From contig CBDCZB010000005.1 in NCBI GenBank assembly GCA_965224415.1, forward strand, positions 565,846 through 629,845: DNA of 64,000 nt, read 5' to 3'. The stretch is from Dehalococcoidia bacterium (GTDB taxonomy: Bacteria; Chloroflexota; Dehalococcoidia; Lucifugimonadales; JAGWBF01). Position numbers and translations under genes: made by a program. Shown one piece after another: positions 18,835-26,611 of this stretch. The notes beneath the pieces are model-generated. The model did not search any database and was not told where the DNA came from. It saw only the letters and a program-made list of their open reading frames with translations. Position 1 is the first letter of the stretch; the number at the start of each line of letters is the position of its first letter.

Positions 18835-19143
18835 CTAGCCGCTGCTACTGCTGGAGTCGCTGCCGCCGGGGGCTTCGGGTTCGGGCAGGGCGTCGTCGAT
18901 GTCGATGCCGGGGTCCACGACGGCGTTCATCACCAGCTCCACGACGCCGTAGGCGACCAGGGCCAGGACGATGCCGGCCAGGGCGGTCATCATTGCGCTC
19001 TTGCCCCGCTCCATCTGGTGGGGCGCTCCGCTGGCCGTCAGGTACAGGTACGCGCCGTAGATGAAGAAGCCGACGCCCACCGCTCCCACGATGCCCAGCA
19101 GGATGCCCACCAGGTTCGATATGGTCTGTGTAAGGTCTTCCAT
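18835..19143 (-). CDS. pilin-like two-helix membrane protein (VirB2/TrbC-like)
   Basis: ORF track 102 aa; ATG behind GAGGAG. Helices NLVGILLGIVGAVGVGFFIYGAYLYL and SAMMTALAGIVLALVAYGVVELV separated by a short polar loop. Confidence 0.5.
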   Translation of the reverse strand: MEDLTQTISNLVGILLGIVGAVGVGFFIYGAYLYLTASGAPHQMERGKSAMMTALAGIVLALVAYGVVELVMNAVVDPGIDIDDALPEPEAPGGSDSSSSSG

Positions 19144-19283
19144 TCCTTGCTCCTCTCTGTTTTCGAGCCTTCCGCTCGTCTCTACCGGTCGGGTTCCGCA
19201 AGCTCCGTTAGCTGCACATCGCTCCTCCTTCTTCGTGGTATGAGTTGGCGCTATCTCGTCCGCGCCTGTGGGTTCCTAAGTCG

Positions 19284-20261
19284 TTATTCCCCGCTGCTCC
19301 TGGGCTCGCCGCCGCCGTCTCCCCCGCCTGCCGATGGGGTCGCCATCGACGCCGCCGAGCTGAGGCCGCTGGCGGCGGCCGAAACGCCCGCGCTGGCTGC
19401 CATCGCTCCCACCGCCATGCCTCCCGGCCCTCCCGCCGCGCCGCTCATCAGCCCGATGGTCCGGGCCGAGCGCATCAGCGACGAGGGCAGGTTCATGCCG
19501 AAGTAGAGCATCGAGAGCCAGGAGTCGAAGGTGCCGGAGTTGCCCAACATGCTCGGCACCCGGGTCGCCATGTAGACGAAGGCCAGGGACATCAGCAGCT
19601 TCCAGATCAGGTCCTGCACCGGCTCGAAGGCGGCGACCGACGCGAACTCGTTGAGGAACCCGATTCCCAGGGCCAGGGCGATGAGCTGCACCGCCTGCTG
19701 GAACACCGTCGTCATGAATAGCCGCAGCCAGTGGCGGCCCCATCCCGCCGTGTGGGGCAAGATCCACAGCCCCAGCGCGATCGGGGCAAGGGCTAAGAGA
19801 ATGTCGATGAGGGCGAGGCGCAGCACCATCTGCACGATGACGTAGAGGACGAAGAATCCGTAGACCAGGTAGAGCAGGGCCAGGAGTTGCGCCATGCCCA
19901 CGCTCCCGGCTTGCACGGCTCTGAGGAACGTGTCGAGGGGAGCCCTGAGCAGGTCTCCAGGGGTGACTTTCAACTCGACGGCTATGAAGCCGGACACGGC
20001 GTCGGCCACGTCGAGGACCAGGGCGCACCACCACAGGGACGATGCGGCGGCCACGAGGCCGAGCACGAGGCGGGGGACCATCTCCCGCCATCCCGTCTGC
20101 TGGCGTCCCAGGTGCTCGGACACGATGAGCGAGAGGCCCATCCAGCCGAGGATCACGACCAGGGCGCCGGTTGTTATGGCCCAGACGACCATCCACGCCT
20201 GGCGCACCAGGTCGTGGGCGTACGTGAGGTCCGCAGGGGTGCCGGTGAGGATGTCGCTCAT
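19284..20261 (-). CDS. polytopic membrane protein (VirB6/TrbL-like)
   Basis: ORF track 325 aa; at least six hydrophobic segments, Gly/Ala/Ser-rich tail; second gene of the secretion operon. Confidence 0.5.
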   Translation of the reverse strand: MSDILTGTPADLTYAHDLVRQAWMVVWAITTGALVVILGWMGLSLIVSEHLGRQQTGWREMVPRLVLGLVAAASSLWWCALVLDVADAVSGFIAVELKVTPGDLLRAPLDTFLRAVQAGSVGMAQLLALLYLVYGFFVLYVIVQMVLRLALIDILLALAPIALGLWILPHTAGWGRHWLRLFMTTVFQQAVQLIALALGIGFLNEFASVAAFEPVQDLIWKLLMSLAFVYMATRVPSMLGNSGTFDSWLSMLYFGMNLPSSLMRSARTIGLMSGAAGGPGGMAVGAMAASAGVSAAASGLSSAASMATPSAGGGDGGGEPRSSGE

Positions 20262-20264
20262 GGG

Positions 20265-20879
20265 CTACCCGCCCCCGCAGTTGTCGGCGTCCTCGCCGGA
20301 CGCTCTTTCAACGACGCCGCAGAGGGTCCCGTGGACTCCCTCGATCATCCAGCCGGCGAAGGCCCTCGCCCAGCGCGCTGGGCTGAGGGCGCTCAGAATC
20401 TTGTCCCAGATGCGTCCGGGTTCGTGGATGGGGACGACGGCGTAGAACTCGCCCCTCCTGCCGTCCTCGGCGACGGCCAGCATCACCAGCAGGTAGGCCC
20501 GGTCGCGGTCGAGCTCGGGGTGGTCGTCGAGGTCGGGGTACTCCCACGAGTACTCCCAGCCGTCGCTTCGCTTCTTCTCTCCGCCCTTGACCCGGTACAT
20601 GGCGCTTATCCAGTCGCCGGTGTCGGCGTCGCGGACGGCGTAGAAGAGGTCGGCGATCTCCCGGTCGAAGACGGGCCTTGCGACGAACTCGCCGCCGCCC
20701 TTTCGCTCCACGAAGTCCCGGTCGGCGTTGACCAGGGTTATCTCATTGCCGAAGGGCTCCTGGGCCTGGACGATCCCGCTGGACGGGATTGCCAGAAGCG
20801 CCGCCAGGACCAGCGCGGAAACAAGGGGCAGAAGCCGCCTTGCGGACCGGGGTTTCGATTTCAGCGCCAACTCGTTCAC
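20265..20879 (-). CDS. secreted hypothetical protein, first gene of the conjugation operon
   Basis: ORF track 204 aa; signal-like RRLLPLVSALVLAALLAIPSSGIVQA; no catalytic motif recognised. Confidence 0.45.
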   Translation of the reverse strand: MNELALKSKPRSARRLLPLVSALVLAALLAIPSSGIVQAQEPFGNEITLVNADRDFVERKGGGEFVARPVFDREIADLFYAVRDADTGDWISAMYRVKGGEKKRSDGWEYSWEYPDLDDHPELDRDRAYLLVMLAVAEDGRRGEFYAVVPIHEPGRIWDKILSALSPARWARAFAGWMIEGVHGTLCGVVERASGEDADNCGGG

Positions 20880-20946
20880 CTCTCTTCCGTTCGCCGCGAT
20901 TCACCGGACCGCGGCAGTCGCAAAAAAGTGTGAACAAATCAAACGG

Positions 20947-21049
20947 AAAAAAAGACCCCTCATAGCTCTGCGCAAGGATGCGGGGCGTTACGGGCCGTTC
21001 CCCCGTGGCTCTGCGCAGGGATGCGGGGGGCTATAGGCCCTCTTTTTTT
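20947..21049. repeat. A7 - two 21-nt direct repeats - T7 element upstream of the conjugation operon
   Basis: GCTCTGCGCAAGGATGCGGGG (20965-20985) and GCTCTGCGCAGGGATGCGGGG (21008-21028), 1 mismatch, 43 bp apart, bracketed by A7 (20947-20953) and T7 (21043-21049). GGGGGC-tatag-GCCCTC hairpin precedes the T7. Confidence 0.5.
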
Positions 21050-21202
21050 CGGCCCCTTTCGTGCAGTATTGGGGGTGTACAGGAGTTTGAGTTTGGCAAC
21101 AGAGCGGCCAGAGTCGTGATGTCGTAGCTGGAACAGGGGTAAATCGCCCCCCTACAGGACGTAACCAGTGAACACTTTTAGAAAGGGTGCGTTCCGGACG
21201 GC

Positions 21203-21268
21203 AATGACATCGCCAAACGTGGGGCATGACATCGGCGGGACCGTGGGACCGGCCTCTCAATGACATTG
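21203..21268. promoter_or_regulatory. three ATGACAT(C/T)G boxes in the divergent intergenic region
   Basis: aATGACATCG at 21204-21212, ATGACATCG at 21226-21234, ATGACATTG at 21260-21268 (spacing 22 and 34 bp), flanked by two GTGCGTT(C/A)CGG motifs (about 21187 and 21297). Confidence 0.3.
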
Positions 21269-21395
21269 GGCCCCGGAAAAGGCGCTTGAAGCGGGGGTGC
21301 GTTACGGCCCCCAAAACGCGGCAATAGACCGGGGAAAAGGCCGGACAGTGGTTGACCGGAGACTTGGGCGGAGTTTTGGAAGGGAGAAAAGAGCC

Positions 21396-22247
21396 ATGAA
21401 GACGACCGAACACGGCATCGAAGACAGCAGGGACGTGGAGAACGTCTATCACATGCGGCTCATGGCGCTGCTGAAAGAGCTGGTGCGGGACAAGGGATAC
21501 AAGGGCGCGGCGCGGGTGCTGGAGCTGGACCAGCGGACGGTGGCCGAGAGCGCGAAGACCGGGCAGCTGTCACGGCGGGTGCGGCAGGCGTTGGAGCGGG
21601 CGTTGCAGGAGGGCGTCGGGTCGGCTGCGGCCCGGCAGCGGGAGCGCAACGATAAGCTGGAGGAGCGGGTCGATGCGCTGGAGAAGGGGCATGAGGCGCA
21701 CGAGAAGGGTCACGACTCGCTGGGCAAGGAGGTGCGCAGGCGAGTGGCCGCAGTCGAGGGCCAGGTCGAAGCCCTGCGTCGGGATGGCGCACAGGGGACC
21801 GGGGCCGGTCACGCCGGCACCGGTCCCTCCCAGGCGGAAACGGACGGCTCGGAGGCCGGTGCGTCGGGCATGGGCAGAAAGCCCCCGCCGAGACCCAGGT
21901 TGCGGCGTGAGTACCCCGACCTCGTGACCCTTGAGCCCGCCGAGGACGCCGAGGAGGTGTTCGGCGATGCGTGGCCGATGATCGTCGAGTGGCGGGGACT
22001 GAAGGACGTTCACCCCAACGAGGGGAAGGGCCTGGACTGGCTGCGCACCGAGGAGCGCTTCCTGGCGTTGGAGCTGGCCCTGCTTGAAGACCACGGCATG
22101 ACGCTCCCCCCGGCTCGGTTTCCGCTGCGGGGCTTCGACCGCAACGGGCAGGTCAACTGGCGTCAGACGGCGCTCTTCGACACGCGGAGAGCGATCAGAA
22201 AGCGGGAGCTTCTGCGGCGCCTGACCTTCGGACTGTTGTGGCGGTAG
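21396..22247 (+). CDS. hypothetical protein with Glu/Arg/Ala-rich coiled-coil-like centre
   Basis: Track ORF 21297..22247; ATG 21396 behind GGAAGGGAGAAAAG preferred; no motif. Confidence 0.5.
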   Translation: MKTTEHGIEDSRDVENVYHMRLMALLKELVRDKGYKGAARVLELDQRTVAESAKTGQLSRRVRQALERALQEGVGSAAARQRERNDKLEERVDALEKGHEAHEKGHDSLGKEVRRRVAAVEGQVEALRRDGAQGTGAGHAGTGPSQAETDGSEAGASGMGRKPPPRPRLRREYPDLVTLEPAEDAEEVFGDAWPMIVEWRGLKDVHPNEGKGLDWLRTEERFLALELALLEDHGMTLPPARFPLRGFDRNGQVNWRQTALFDTRRAIRKRELLRRLTFGLLWR

Positions 22248-22551
22248 CAGGACGGCGAGTGCGAAGGGTTGGTTGTTAAGTTTTGTGAACGATTTGGCGG
22301 CAATCTTCAAAAGGGGCGCCGCAGGCCCTCTTTTGCGGGTCTCGGGACGTCGATAATGAGTGCATTGTTAGGCTTTTTCCAAGGTTTCCGACCATAGAAA
22401 CCCTGGGTGCGTGATCCCTGTTGCACGGGTCTGTCTGGAGGATGATTCGCTCTCCCCCGGTCGCCCACGAGGGAATGCTGCCGAAACGGAGTTTGACGTT
22501 GGTCCTTCGCAGGCAGCGCGGATCGAAACGACGGATTTGACGTAGCTCTCC

Positions 22552-22760
22552 GTCCTCGGTCCAGTCCGGCGGTCGGAGTGATAGGCCCTTCTCCCGCTGG
22601 ACACCCGTCCGGCGAGTTGGAGTTGATCGCTTCTTCCGCTAGACACCCGCCTGACGGCCGGGGTTGATCGCTCCTTCCGTTGGGAACCAGTCGGCCGGTT
22701 GGGGTGATCGCCTCATCCGCTGGACTCAGGGACGGAACGCTCTCTGCGCCTCGTCCTCAC
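22552..22760. repeat. four to five degenerate ~41-bp tandem repeats (iteron-like)
   Basis: CCGCTGGACACCCGTCCGGCGAGTTGGAGTTGATCGCTTCTT / CCGCTAGACACCCGCCTGACGGCCGGGGTTGATCGCTCCTT / CCGTTGGGAACCAGTCGGCCGGTTGGGGTGATCGCCTCAT / CCGCTGGACTCAGGG... starting at 22594, 22636, 22677, 22717. Confidence 0.6.
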
Positions 22761-22863
22761 TTGGTCGGTCGGAGTGCGCCTGCCTGTTGCAGACGGGTCT
22801 GTCGCTTCGACCGGCTCCTCATGCCCGCGGCATAGCTGACTGACGGCTAGGCCGCAGCTTCGA

Positions 22864-23067
22864 CATGCGCCGGTCTGCCGTTGAAAGCAGGCTGGTCGCT
22901 TCACGTCTCGCAGCTTTTCCCACTGACGTTGTTCACCCTGGGCCGAGCTGCGTCTTCTCTCATGCGCCGGTCTGCGATGAAGTCGTAGGACAGCCGCTCC
23001 CCTCATAGCAGTTCCCCCGGCAGTCGATTCCCCCAACGAATCACCCTGGGCCGGGCTGCGTCTTTCT
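22864..23067. repeat. interleaved direct repeats X-Y-X-Y
   Basis: CATGCGCCGGTCTGC at 22864 and 22961; TCACCCTGGGCCG(A/G)GCTGCGTCTT at 22933 and 23041. Confidence 0.55.
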
Positions 23068-23263
23068 TCACCCTCCGCTCCGTCTTCCGCGTCCGGCATC
23101 CGACCGTGGGCGGAGTGCGTCCAGCGTCAACCCATCACCGAAGACTCGCGCCGTGGATGCAGGCACGGGTCAGCAACTGAAAGGAGGAGTCCATGCACGT
23201 CAACGAGGTCCATCGCCGCTGACGGCGGGGCCTCCGGGTCTCACAACACATCCCCATTCACAA

Positions 23264-23302
23264 GGGCCGTCCCCGTTCGCCGGGGGCGGGCCCTTCTTCT
23301 TT
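23264..23302 (+). terminator. candidate intrinsic terminator/attenuator 55 nt upstream of the 4xHTH gene
   Basis: GGGCCGTCCCC-gttcgcc-GGGGGCGGGCCC (one bulge, one G-U) followed by TTCTTCTTT. Confidence 0.35.
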
Positions 23303-23356
23303 GCCCGCAAGCGGGCGCAGGCCAAAGGCAACACAACACAAAAGGAGGACGGACCG

Positions 23357-24475
23357 ATGACTACGGCAACGATGGAGACCGGAACGACAACGACGAGGAC
23401 GGCGGGCGCGGAGAGCGAGCTCAGGGCGGCGGCGAGGCGGCGGGGGCTCACCATGAAGGAGCTTGCGGCCCTGATGGGCGTGAGCGCGGGCTACCTGTCG
23501 GGGCTTTCGACGGGGCGTACGCCGTGGACTCCGAAGATGCGGGAGAAGGTCGCGGCGGTGCTGGGAGAGGTCCCTGGGCAGGGGACCGTCTACCGCCAGG
23601 GCGGCGTCGTGACCGGCGAGAGCAGCTTCATCAGGGAGCGCGCCCGCACCCTGGGCATGACCATGCATGACCTGGCCGACCGCGTTGGCGTGTCCTACAG
23701 CTACATGACGCAGGTTGCCCGTGGCCGCCAGAGCATGGGCGTCAAGGTCCAGGCCAGGGTCGAGTCGGCGTTGCACGCCCCGGCGAAGGTCGCGCCCGCC
23801 ACGTGCGCCAACCGCCAGGGCGTCGTCGTGGCCGGGGAGAGCAGCTACATCAGGGAGCGGGCCAGGGAGCTGGGTATGAGCCTGCGGGACCTGGCTGACC
23901 GCGTGGGCGTCTCCTACAGCTACATGTCAATGGTGGCGCGGGGTCATAGCAACATGGGCGTGAAGGTCCAGGCGCGGGTCGCGTCGGCGCTGGAGGCCCC
24001 GGTGAAGGTCGCGCCCGCGCAGCCAGCCTGCATCGACCGCGAGGCCGTGTGGAACCGGATGAACGCCCACGGCTTCAGCCAGAACGAGGTCGCCCGGCGA
24101 GCGGGCATCAGCTCGGCCCATCTCTCCCAGATCATGAACGGCAAGTCCTCCCCGTCGGCGGTCGTGCTGAAGGGGCTGCACGGCGTCCTGTTCCAGCCGA
24201 CGAAGGCGGAGCGGGTCATGCCCGCCGAGGTGAAGGTGCTGGGCTGGCGGAAGGGCGAGCGGAGCGGGATGGTCGTTCGCGGCGCCGGTGGCCCCGGGCG
24301 CGGCGCCAAGTCCGGCGGCGGCACCGTCAGAGTCGGCGGCCGGGTGCCCTGGGGCGCGAAGGCGGAGTTCGCCTACCGCGCCGGATACGACGGCATGGGC
24401 CGGGTCTCGGTCACGCACGTCGTCGAGCGGGGCTACTCCGCCATGCTGAAGCAGCCGGAGCCGGCCGCCGCATAG
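23357..24475 (+). CDS. protein with four tandem XRE-type HTH modules
   Basis: Track ORF 23153..24475; ATG 23357 behind AAAGGAGGA. Modules LTMKELAALMGVSAGYLSGLSTG, MTMHDLADRVGVSYSYMTQVARG, MSLRDLADRVGVSYSYMSMVARG, FSQNEVARRAGISSAHLSQIMNG; modules 2 and 3 are a recent ~225-nt duplication. Confidence 0.7.
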   Translation: MTTATMETGTTTTRTAGAESELRAAARRRGLTMKELAALMGVSAGYLSGLSTGRTPWTPKMREKVAAVLGEVPGQGTVYRQGGVVTGESSFIRERARTLGMTMHDLADRVGVSYSYMTQVARGRQSMGVKVQARVESALHAPAKVAPATCANRQGVVVAGESSYIRERARELGMSLRDLADRVGVSYSYMSMVARGHSNMGVKVQARVASALEAPVKVAPAQPACIDREAVWNRMNAHGFSQNEVARRAGISSAHLSQIMNGKSSPSAVVLKGLHGVLFQPTKAERVMPAEVKVLGWRKGERSGMVVRGAGGPGRGAKSGGGTVRVGGRVPWGAKAEFAYRAGYDGMGRVSVTHVVERGYSAMLKQPEPAAA

Positions 24476-24531
24476 AGACGCGAAAAGCGGGAAAAGCCGG
24501 TCGGCCTGGATGCCAGGACTGTCACTTAAGA

Positions 24532-24562
24532 GGGAGGCCATCGTCGCATCGACGATGGCCTC
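24532..24562. terminator. perfect 14-bp hairpin between convergent genes
   Basis: GGAGGCCATCGTCG-cat-CGACGATGGCCTCC; a GCGGGGCTTTTTTG tract follows at about 24580-24594. Confidence 0.45.
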
Positions 24563-24685
24563 CCCAGGCTTCCCATATGTGCGGGGCTTTTTTGTTGCCC
24601 GAAATCACCGCCCGTCTTCGACATCCCTGGAGTAGGGGCAGCGCGCGCTCAAAGCGCCCTCGGCTCTCACGTCCGTACGGCGGCG

Positions 24686-25837
24686 CTACCGCGCCGCCTG
24701 CCCCTCGCCCTCGCCTCCCCGCGTACCCAGCGCCTCGCGGGCCAAGTCCCTCGCCTCCCGCGCCGCGGCGTGGCGTGGCTCGATGCCGAGGATGGCCTCG
24801 AAGTCCTCGATGGCACTCTCGAACCGGGCCGCGTACATGCGGGCGATCCCCCGGCTGTAGAGGACGTCCCTGTTGCGGGGGTCAATGTCGAGGACTCTGC
24901 TGTAGTCCTCTATTGCCTGCTCGTATTGCTCCAGGCTGCTGTGGGCCAGCCCCCGGGCCGAGAGGGCCTCGGCGTTGCCGGGGCCGAGCTCCAGGGACCG
25001 GTCGAAGTCCCTGACCGCCTCGTGGTAACGGCCCAGGTTGCCCAGGGCGATGCCCCTGCCCCGGAGTGCCGAGACGTTGTCGGGGTCGAGTCCCAGCACG
25101 GCGTCGAAGTCGCCGAGCGCGGCCTCGTGGGCGCCGAGGTTGACGTTGGTGATCCCCCTGGCGTAGTAGGCGAGGCCGAAGCTCCGTTCGAGCTCGATGG
25201 CGGCGCCGAAGTCCTTGAGCGCCCTGTCCATCCGGCCCATGTCGCGGTATGCCATGCCCCTGTGGTAGTGGGCGTCGGCGAGGTTGGGGTCCAAATCTAT
25301 GGCCCTGCTCAGGTCCTTCACCGCCCGGTGGCGCTTGCCCATCGCCACGTGGGTCAACCCTCTGTTGTAGTGAGCGTCGGCGTCGCCGGGGGCCAGGGTG
25401 ACGGCCACGTCGAAGTCGCTCATAGCCCCGGCCAAGTCGCCCAGCTCCGCCTTGCACGCCCCCCGGCTGTAGTGCGCCACCGCGTCGCCTGGGGCCAGGC
25501 GGATGGCGGCGTCGTAGTCCTCCACCGCCAAGCGGTGCTCCTCCAGCTTGGCGTAGGAGCGGGCCCGGTCGAGGTGGGCGCCCGCGTTGCCGGGGTCCAG
25601 GGCGATGATTCTGCCATAGTCCTCTACCGCCAGGCGGTGCTCTCCCAGCTCGCTGTATGCCAGCCCTCTGGCGCTCAGGGCTTCGGTGTCGCGAGGGTTC
25701 GCCTCGATAGCCTCCGTCAGACGCTCGACCATCCGGCGAAGGTCCTCGCGACCCATGCCGTCCATCATCTTACGGAACCTCTGGTACTCTTCTTCCGATG
25801 GATTCCCCTGGTCCGTTCCGTCATGCTCCTCGTTCAT
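24686..25837 (-). CDS. tetratricopeptide (TPR) repeat protein
   Basis: ORF track 383 aa; ATG behind CAGGAGGAAC; at least eight 34-aa units with recurring A..Y.RG.AY..LG....A..DF..AI.LDP pattern. Confidence 0.85.
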   Translation of the reverse strand: MNEEHDGTDQGNPSEEEYQRFRKMMDGMGREDLRRMVERLTEAIEANPRDTEALSARGLAYSELGEHRLAVEDYGRIIALDPGNAGAHLDRARSYAKLEEHRLAVEDYDAAIRLAPGDAVAHYSRGACKAELGDLAGAMSDFDVAVTLAPGDADAHYNRGLTHVAMGKRHRAVKDLSRAIDLDPNLADAHYHRGMAYRDMGRMDRALKDFGAAIELERSFGLAYYARGITNVNLGAHEAALGDFDAVLGLDPDNVSALRGRGIALGNLGRYHEAVRDFDRSLELGPGNAEALSARGLAHSSLEQYEQAIEDYSRVLDIDPRNRDVLYSRGIARMYAARFESAIEDFEAILGIEPRHAAAREARDLAREALGTRGGEGEGQAAR

Positions 25838-26175
25838 GACGTTCCTCCTGTATGTCCTGGCGTTCTCCTACCGGGCGGGTCTCTCGTTGCGCGGACGGCG
25901 GTCCCCGATGGCGCAGGCTACGACCCGCGGCCCGGACCTCGAATCGCTCTCCACCGGCTCAACTCCGCGTCGGGTCATCCCCTTGCGACCTCGAGTGGTG
26001 CCGTCGTCCGACCCCTACGGGACTGCCGCCAATGATGCCCCTATGATGATGCAGCCGCTCTCGTTAGGCAACGCCGGGTTGACGGGTGCGGATAGGGAGA
26101 GGCCCAGCCATGTGTGACGCCCTTTTTGCGTTTCCGGCGCCTGCGGCCGCAGGCGCTCGCCGGAGCGCCGACTCC

Positions 26176-26421
26176 CTAGTCGGTGAACAGGTGGACGAGG
26201 CCCAGGGGTCTCGCCACGGCCACCAGCGCCATCATGTTCCGCATGCTGGGGCTGGCCCGCCCCTGCCTCCAGCGCCGTATCGTCTCGTGGTGGATGTCGA
26301 GACGGCGGATGATCTCCGCCCACGACAGGCCAGACTCCTCCCTGAACCGCTCCAGCCGCTCAGGGAAGTCGTGAGGGACCCGGTAGGTCACTCTGCTGTG
26401 GTGGATGCGCTGTCGAGGCAT
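26176..26421 (-). CDS. small HTH protein (paralog of 9564..9890)
   Basis: ORF track 81 aa; PHDFPERLERFREESGLSWAEIIRRLDIHHETIRRWRQGRASP. Confidence 0.55.
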   Translation of the reverse strand: MPRQRIHHSRVTYRVPHDFPERLERFREESGLSWAEIIRRLDIHHETIRRWRQGRASPSMRNMMALVAVARPLGLVHLFTD

Positions 26422-26611
26422 CGCGCAAGCCCTCTCAGTGCACAGCCGGAATCACGCTCCCATGCGGGCGGATGAGTCCCCATTCCTATATCCCTTATAC
26501 CGTGGATGATCCGGCCTCCCTCCAATGTGCCTGCTTCACCCGTTTGTTCATATGTGCCATATCTTTCTGCTGCCCTCCGACTCATGGAAACTGCTGCTGA
26601 CGATGGGGCTC

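Noticed and set aside
22552-22760. Tandem ~41-bp repeats considered as a second CRISPR array
   Set aside because: Units are degenerate throughout with no alternation of conserved repeat and unique spacer, no cas-type palindrome, and only 4-5 copies; better described as iteron-like repeats.
26137-26156. 20-nt perfect palindrome GCGCCTGCGGCCGCAGGCGC as intrinsic terminator of the HTH gene
   Set aside because: No U-tract follows the hairpin on either strand (the T5 run precedes it on the + strand), so it is left as an unassigned hairpin or protein-binding palindrome.
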